From assembly GCA_964468895.1 (NCBI GenBank), contig CAYXWT010000017.1, forward strand, positions 7,862 to 13,642: a DNA stretch of 5,781 nucleotides, given 5' to 3'. A model generated the notes under the pieces. That model saw only the letters and a list, made by a program, of their open reading frames with translations, had not been told where the DNA came from and made no database searches. The translations under genes were made by a program, and so were the position numbers. This DNA is from an uncultured archaeon. GTDB lineage: Archaea > Iainarchaeota > Iainarchaeia > Iainarchaeales > CSSED10-239. Positions within the stretch are counted from its first letter, which is position 1. Each line of letters opens with the position of its first letter. Positions 1 to 3,359 of this stretch are shown here, piece by piece.

Positions 1-62
1 TTAACTTTAGACTTAACTTTAGTTTTAGATTTAATATCAACTTTAGATTTTATCTTTTTCAT
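1..62 (-). CDS. 5' end of a lysine-rich protein of unknown function (partial, continues beyond the left edge)
   Basis: Hand translation of the minus strand from the ATG at 62-60 gives MKKIKSKVDIKSKTKVKSKV, still open at position 1. An in-frame stop lies just upstream (plus-strand tca at 69-71). A TTTTAAAA box starts 28 nt upstream. Only 20 codons are visible and no family is recognisable. Confidence 0.3.
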   Translation of the reverse strand, partial: MKKIKSKVDIKSKTKVKSKV

Positions 63-82
63 TAAATATCACAATTTCAAAA

Positions 83-90
83 TTTTAAAA
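83..90 (-). promoter_or_regulatory. Candidate archaeal TATA box for the leftward gene (leaderless geometry)
   Basis: TTTTAAAA (palindromic, part of a T4A8 run at 83-94). Its minus-strand 5' end at 90 is exactly 28 nt upstream of the A of the ATG at 62. The same spacing occurs at 358-365/386 and at 3385-3378/3357. Confidence 0.4.
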
Positions 91-357
91 AAAATGTTTT
101 ATAAAAAAAACACATTTTAAAGATAATATAGAATAAAAAGATTTAAAAATAAGATGGTTGTATAAAATTTGATCTAATTTGTTTAAAATATCAATACCAC
201 TATAAAGATAGTCCTATAAACATTTTTAAAAAAAGATATTACTTATACACATATTTATAAAATTGGTTTAAATTAATTTGCTAATCAAATATTTTCAATA
301 AATATAACATTTATTATAATTTCGATTATTAAATTATATAATTAAAAGTAAAATCTC

Positions 358-365
358 TTTTAAAA
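358..365 (+). promoter_or_regulatory. Candidate archaeal TATA box for the methyltransferase operon (leaderless geometry)
   Basis: TTTTAAAA at 358-365 (T4A7 run at 358-368) starts exactly 28 nt upstream of the ATG at 386. There is no GGAGG/GGTGA-like Shine-Dalgarno sequence between the box and the ATG. Confidence 0.45.
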
Positions 366-385
366 AAATAAAAAAACTAATTATT

Positions 386-1324
386 ATGAAGTCTAAAGTT
401 ATAATACCAGATAAATTTATATCTAAATTTAAAGAAATAATAAACCCTGAAGAAATAGACTCCTTTATTCTTTACTGTAAGAAAAAATTAACTAAATCTA
501 TTAGAGTAAATACTTTAAAATATAAAGGAGATATTACAAAAAATATTTATTTTGAGGAAAATAAAATAATATTAAAACAAATTAAATATGTAAAACAAGC
601 TTACTTAATAAAAAGTGAAGTTAGTTCTATAGGAAATACTATTGAACAATTATTAGGGTATTTTCAAATTCAAGAAGTATCATCAATGCTTCCAGCATTA
701 ATACTAAATCCAAATGAAAATGATATTGTTCTTGATCTAACAGCAGCACCAGGAAATAAAACTGCTTTCTTGGCTCAAATTATGAATAATAAAGGATTAA
801 TTATTGCTAATGATATAGATGAAACTAGAATTAAAACACTTAAATATACTCTTAAAAAATTAGGTGTTACCAATACAATCATATTTTGTAAAGATGGAAT
901 AGATTTTAATATTAATTTAAAATTTAATAAAATATTATTAGATGCACCTTGCAGTTGTGAAGGAATAGTTAGAAAAAAACCAAGATCTTTAATTAACTGG
1001 TCTGAACAACTTGTTAAATCCAAATCAGATTTACAAAAAAAATTAATATTAAATGCATATGATCTTCTAGAAAAAAATGGAACTTTAGTTTATTCAACTT
1101 GTACAATGTCACCAGAAGAAAATGAAGAAGTTATAGATTATTTAATTAAAAAGAGACCAAATTTAAAAATTGAAAATGTTAATATCGAAAACTTAAATAC
1201 AAATTATGGAATAATTAAATATAAATTAAAAGAATATAATAAAAATATTAAAAATGCAATTAGAATATATCCTCATAAAACTGATCTTGAAGGATTTTTT
1301 ATTTGTAAAATAAAAAGAATATAA
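386..1324 (+). CDS. NOL1/NOP2/Sun-family RNA (cytosine-C5)-methyltransferase, RsmF/Trm4-like
   Basis: 312-aa ORF with a TAA stop. The N-terminus (IPDKFISKFKEIINPEEIDSF...KSIRVNTLK) resembles the RsmF/Trm4 N-terminal domain. Further motifs: GYFQIQEVSSM; SAM-binding motif I DLTAAPGNKT (nt 734-763); motif IV LLDAPCSCEG with Cys189 (nt 950-952); motif VI LVYSTCT with Cys239 (nt 1100-1102). Both catalytic cysteines of m5C RNA methyltransferases are present. Confidence 0.93.
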   Translation: MKSKVIIPDKFISKFKEIINPEEIDSFILYCKKKLTKSIRVNTLKYKGDITKNIYFEENKIILKQIKYVKQAYLIKSEVSSIGNTIEQLLGYFQIQEVSSMLPALILNPNENDIVLDLTAAPGNKTAFLAQIMNNKGLIIANDIDETRIKTLKYTLKKLGVTNTIIFCKDGIDFNINLKFNKILLDAPCSCEGIVRKKPRSLINWSEQLVKSKSDLQKKLILNAYDLLEKNGTLVYSTCTMSPEENEEVIDYLIKKRPNLKIENVNIENLNTNYGIIKYKLKEYNKNIKNAIRIYPHKTDLEGFFICKIKRI

Positions 1325-1338
1325 ATTATTGATTACTA

Positions 1339-1821
1339 ATGTTTGAAATATTAAATTTAAAAATTGAAAATAAATTAATAAACTATTTAAACTCTAGATT
1401 TGGAATAGATAAGGCTATATTTAATAATTATAGTTTTTTTAAAAATGGAAAGAAAGTATTTATATTAAGTAAACAAAATAAAATAGATATTTTAAAAATC
1501 TTAAATTTAGAAAACTTAGAAACTATAGGTCTAGAATTATTTGCAAACTATAAAGAATATTTATTATCTTCTTTAGCATTTACTATGTTTGATTCAAAAA
1601 CAATTTGTGAAAATTATATAATACTTAATAGAGAACAAACTAAAAAATACTTTAGATCTGAAAAAATATTGTTTGAAGATATATCTCTAAAAAATAAGAA
1701 AATATTATCTTATGGTAATATTGTTGGTATATATAATAATAAAATTATAGGAATATTAGAATATACTAAAAATAAAGAATTTATATCAAACAACATAATT
1801 AGAAATTTAGATGTGAAATAA
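1339..1821 (+). CDS. Small protein co-transcribed with the m5C methyltransferase; tentatively a NIP7/UPF0113-like pre-PUA + PUA RNA-binding protein
   Basis: 160-aa ORF with a TAA stop, starting 14 nt after the methyltransferase stop with no obvious promoter box of its own. Its size and the spacing of hydrophobic and Gly positions (NYLNSRFG..., KVFILSK, LETIGLELF, YIILNREQTKKYF, GNIVGIYNNKIIGILEY) recall archaeal and eukaryotic NIP7 proteins and the PUA-like C-terminal domain of RsmF. The ORF itself is confident. The product call is pattern recognition plus context only (about 0.45). Confidence 0.75.
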   Translation: MFEILNLKIENKLINYLNSRFGIDKAIFNNYSFFKNGKKVFILSKQNKIDILKILNLENLETIGLELFANYKEYLLSSLAFTMFDSKTICENYIILNREQTKKYFRSEKILFEDISLKNKKILSYGNIVGIYNNKIIGILEYTKNKEFISNNIIRNLDVK

Positions 1822-1827
1822 AAAAAA
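1820..1827 (-). terminator. Oligo-T terminator candidate for tRNA-Ile
   Basis: The plus-strand A8 run at 1820-1827 reads as T8 on the minus strand and begins 2 nt after the tRNA discriminator base. Archaeal RNA polymerase terminates at oligo-T tracts. The tract overlaps the TAA stop (1819-1821) of the convergent ORF. Confidence 0.45.
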
Positions 1828-1829
1828 TA

Positions 1830-1904
1830 TGGGAGTGACAGGATTTGAACCTGCGACCTCTCGATTATCAGTCGAGTGCTCTAGCCAGACTAAGCTACAC
1901 TCCC
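1830..1904 (-). tRNA. tRNA-Ile-GAT: tRNA-Ile (anticodon GAT)
   Basis: The reverse complement folds by hand into a cloverleaf: GGGAGTG TA GCTT AGTCTGGCTA GAGC A CTCGA CTGATAA TCGAG AGGTC GCAGG TTCAAAT CCTGT CACTCCC, plus discriminator A. It has a 7-bp acceptor stem, a 7-nt anticodon loop with GAT (plus-strand 1867-1869) and a TTCAAAT T-loop. There is no intron and no encoded CCA. Confidence 0.93.
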
Positions 1905-2039
1905 ATTATATAGAATTATTCTTTCAAGAAAAAAGTTAATATTTGTATAATAAATATAATTATAAAAACATATAAAAAACCTTCCTTTTTTAGATATTAT
2001 ATAGTATAATAATAATAAAAAACATCTATTTTTAAATTT

Positions 2040-2047
2040 TTTTAAAC
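2040..2047 (+). promoter_or_regulatory. Candidate TATA box for tRNA-Gln
   Basis: TTTTAAAC starts 33 nt upstream of the mature 5' end (2073). With the 28-nt geometry seen at the protein genes, this would give a leader of about 5 nt for RNase P to remove. A second T5A3 element lies at 2029-2036, so the assignment is ambiguous. Confidence 0.3.
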
Positions 2048-2072
2048 TAGAATTATTTTACTAAACAATAAA

Positions 2073-2145
2073 AGTCCGATAGTGTAGGGGTCAAGCATAC
2101 AAGGCTTTGAACCTTGTGACAGGAGTTCAAATCTCCTTCGGACTA
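2073..2145 (+). tRNA. tRNA-Gln-TTG: tRNA-Gln (anticodon TTG)
   Basis: Hand fold: AGTCCGA TA GTGT AGGGGTCAA GCAT A CAAGG CTTTGAA CCTTG TGAC AGGAG TTCAAAT CTCCT TCGGACT, plus discriminator A. The 7-bp acceptor stem is perfect, with the A1-U72 pair typical of archaeal tRNA-Gln. The anticodon TTG is at 2107-2109. The D stem has two G-U pairs and the variable loop is only 4 nt. There is no intron and no encoded CCA. Confidence 0.9.
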
Positions 2146-2157
2146 TTTCTATCTTCT

Positions 2158-2166
2158 AAAAATAAA
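2158..2166 (-). terminator. Oligo-T terminator candidate for the reductase gene
   Basis: The minus strand reads TTTATTTTT immediately after the TAA stop (2169-2167), 13 nt from the 3' end of the convergent tRNA-Gln. Confidence 0.35.
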
Positions 2167-3357
2167 TTATTTAGTTTTAATAAAATCAAATAAATCCTTT
2201 ATAAATCCATATAATTTAGGATATAATATAACTTTAAAAATAAATGTACTTAAATAATCAATTTCACCATGATCTTGTAAAAACTGCTCTACACCATGTG
2301 TTTTACATTTTATGAAAAATTCGTCTAATTCTACTAATGTTTTTGAAAACAAAAATTTATAAATCTTATAATGAAGATAAAGTTCGTTTTTATATTTACT
2401 AATAGATTTATTATAGTTTTCTAAATTTTTAAAATTCTTTAATCTGTTTGTAATAGTTTGAGCTGCAATTTCAGAACTAATTAACCCAAAATTAATACCT
2501 CCACCACTAATAGCTTTTATAAAACAAGAAGCATCTCCAATAATTAATTTGTTATTTTTACAATAAGTATCTAATGGCTTTGAAATTGGTATTAGTGAAG
2601 AACTACTAAATCTAATATGGTTTAATTTTAAGTTATTATTTTCAAGAAATTTATAAAATGCAATTTTAGGATTAGTTCCTAATTTGGTCCCAAGTCCTAT
2701 TCTAGCATAATTACTAGATTCAGGAACAATCCATGTAAAAAAATTTTTAGAAAATTTAGAATAATAAATAGAAACCATTTTATTATCAAAATCACCATTT
2801 GCAGTAATTTGATATGTTTGTATAAATTCTTTATTTTTAAAATTAGAAATATTCATTGATTTTCTAATTATAGAATTAGGACCATCAGCTCCAACTAATA
2901 TATCATAATTTAAATCAGAAATAACATTAGATTTTAAGTTTCTTATTTTCAAAACATTATTCTGAACATCATAAACTTGACAATTAAACAAAAATTCAAT
3001 ATTTTGTGTTTGTGCAAGATTAAATATAATATTATCAAACTTACTTCTATCAATAACATATGTTTGATTTTTATGTGTTTTAAGTTTAAGTTTAGACTTA
3101 ATAGGTCCAAACAAATAAGCACCCTTTATTTTATTAATAACACAACAATTAATATTTATTAATTTAGATAATTTAGTTTTATTAAAACCAGTTATCGAAA
3201 TATGACCAGTACAATTAGTAGGCACACCTATACAATCATGTTCTTCAATAACTGTAACATAAACTAAAGGATTGTTTTTTTTAATTAAATAAGCACAGTA
3301 TAACCCAATTGGGCCTGCACCAACAATAGTAACTCTTTTTTCTAAACCCTCAATCAT
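2167..3357 (-). CDS. Geranylgeranyl reductase family FAD-dependent oxidoreductase (probable digeranylgeranylglycerophospholipid reductase)
   Basis: 396-aa ORF with a TAA stop. It has an N-terminal Rossmann FAD motif RVTIVGAGPIGLYCAYL (GxGxxG at nt 3304-3321) and a Cys-containing segment DCIGVPTNCTGHIS, like the PVRCGEG region of archaeal GGRs. Further family motifs are LVGADGPNSIIRK, FFTWIVPE followed by RIGLG, and LIIGDASCFIKAISGGGI. All are characteristic of the GGR/FixC-like family. Confidence 0.9.
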   Translation of the reverse strand: MIEGLEKRVTIVGAGPIGLYCAYLIKKNNPLVYVTVIEEHDCIGVPTNCTGHISITGFNKTKLSKLININCCVINKIKGAYLFGPIKSKLKLKTHKNQTYVIDRSKFDNIIFNLAQTQNIEFLFNCQVYDVQNNVLKIRNLKSNVISDLNYDILVGADGPNSIIRKSMNISNFKNKEFIQTYQITANGDFDNKMVSIYYSKFSKNFFTWIVPESSNYARIGLGTKLGTNPKIAFYKFLENNNLKLNHIRFSSSSLIPISKPLDTYCKNNKLIIGDASCFIKAISGGGINFGLISSEIAAQTITNRLKNFKNLENYNKSISKYKNELYLHYKIYKFLFSKTLVELDEFFIKCKTHGVEQFLQDHGEIDYLSTFIFKVILYPKLYGFIKDLFDFIKTK

Positions 3358-3359
3358 TA

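Noticed and set aside
91-118. Inverted repeat AAAATGT(N14)ACATTTT, with an alternative TGTTTT/AAAACA pairing, just upstream of the leftward TATA box
   Set aside because: It has only 6-7 bp of almost pure A/T pairing in a region that is over 80% A+T. It could be an operator at a BRE-proximal position, but it is not distinguishable from chance by eye.
63-385. Small RNA (C/D box), small ORF or replication-origin repeats in the 323-bp divergent spacer
   Set aside because: I found no RUGAUGA C box or its complement. The only ATG-initiated plus-strand frames stop after 3-8 codons. The only recurring element is the T4A7-8 run (83, 225, 358), which is better explained as TATA-like sequence and composition. 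There are no ORB-like longer repeats and no adjacent orc1/cdc6 gene.
775-1023. 82-aa minus-strand ORF from the six-frame track
   Set aside because: It lies entirely antisense within the methyltransferase gene, across its conserved motif I-IV region. The sequence is hydrophobic and low-complexity, as expected from the reverse complement of AT-rich codons. There is no promoter box or recognisable motif.
1830-2145. Split, permuted or intron-containing tRNA genes, as known from some reduced archaea
   Set aside because: Both tRNAs fold as continuous canonical cloverleaves with 7-nt anticodon loops and intact acceptor stems. There is no bulge-helix-bulge insertion.
2977-3162. 61-aa plus-strand ORF from the six-frame track
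   Set aside because: It lies entirely antisense within the geranylgeranyl reductase gene. Its composition (I/N/K/F/L-rich) is typical of spurious frames in AT-rich DNA, and it has no supporting signals.
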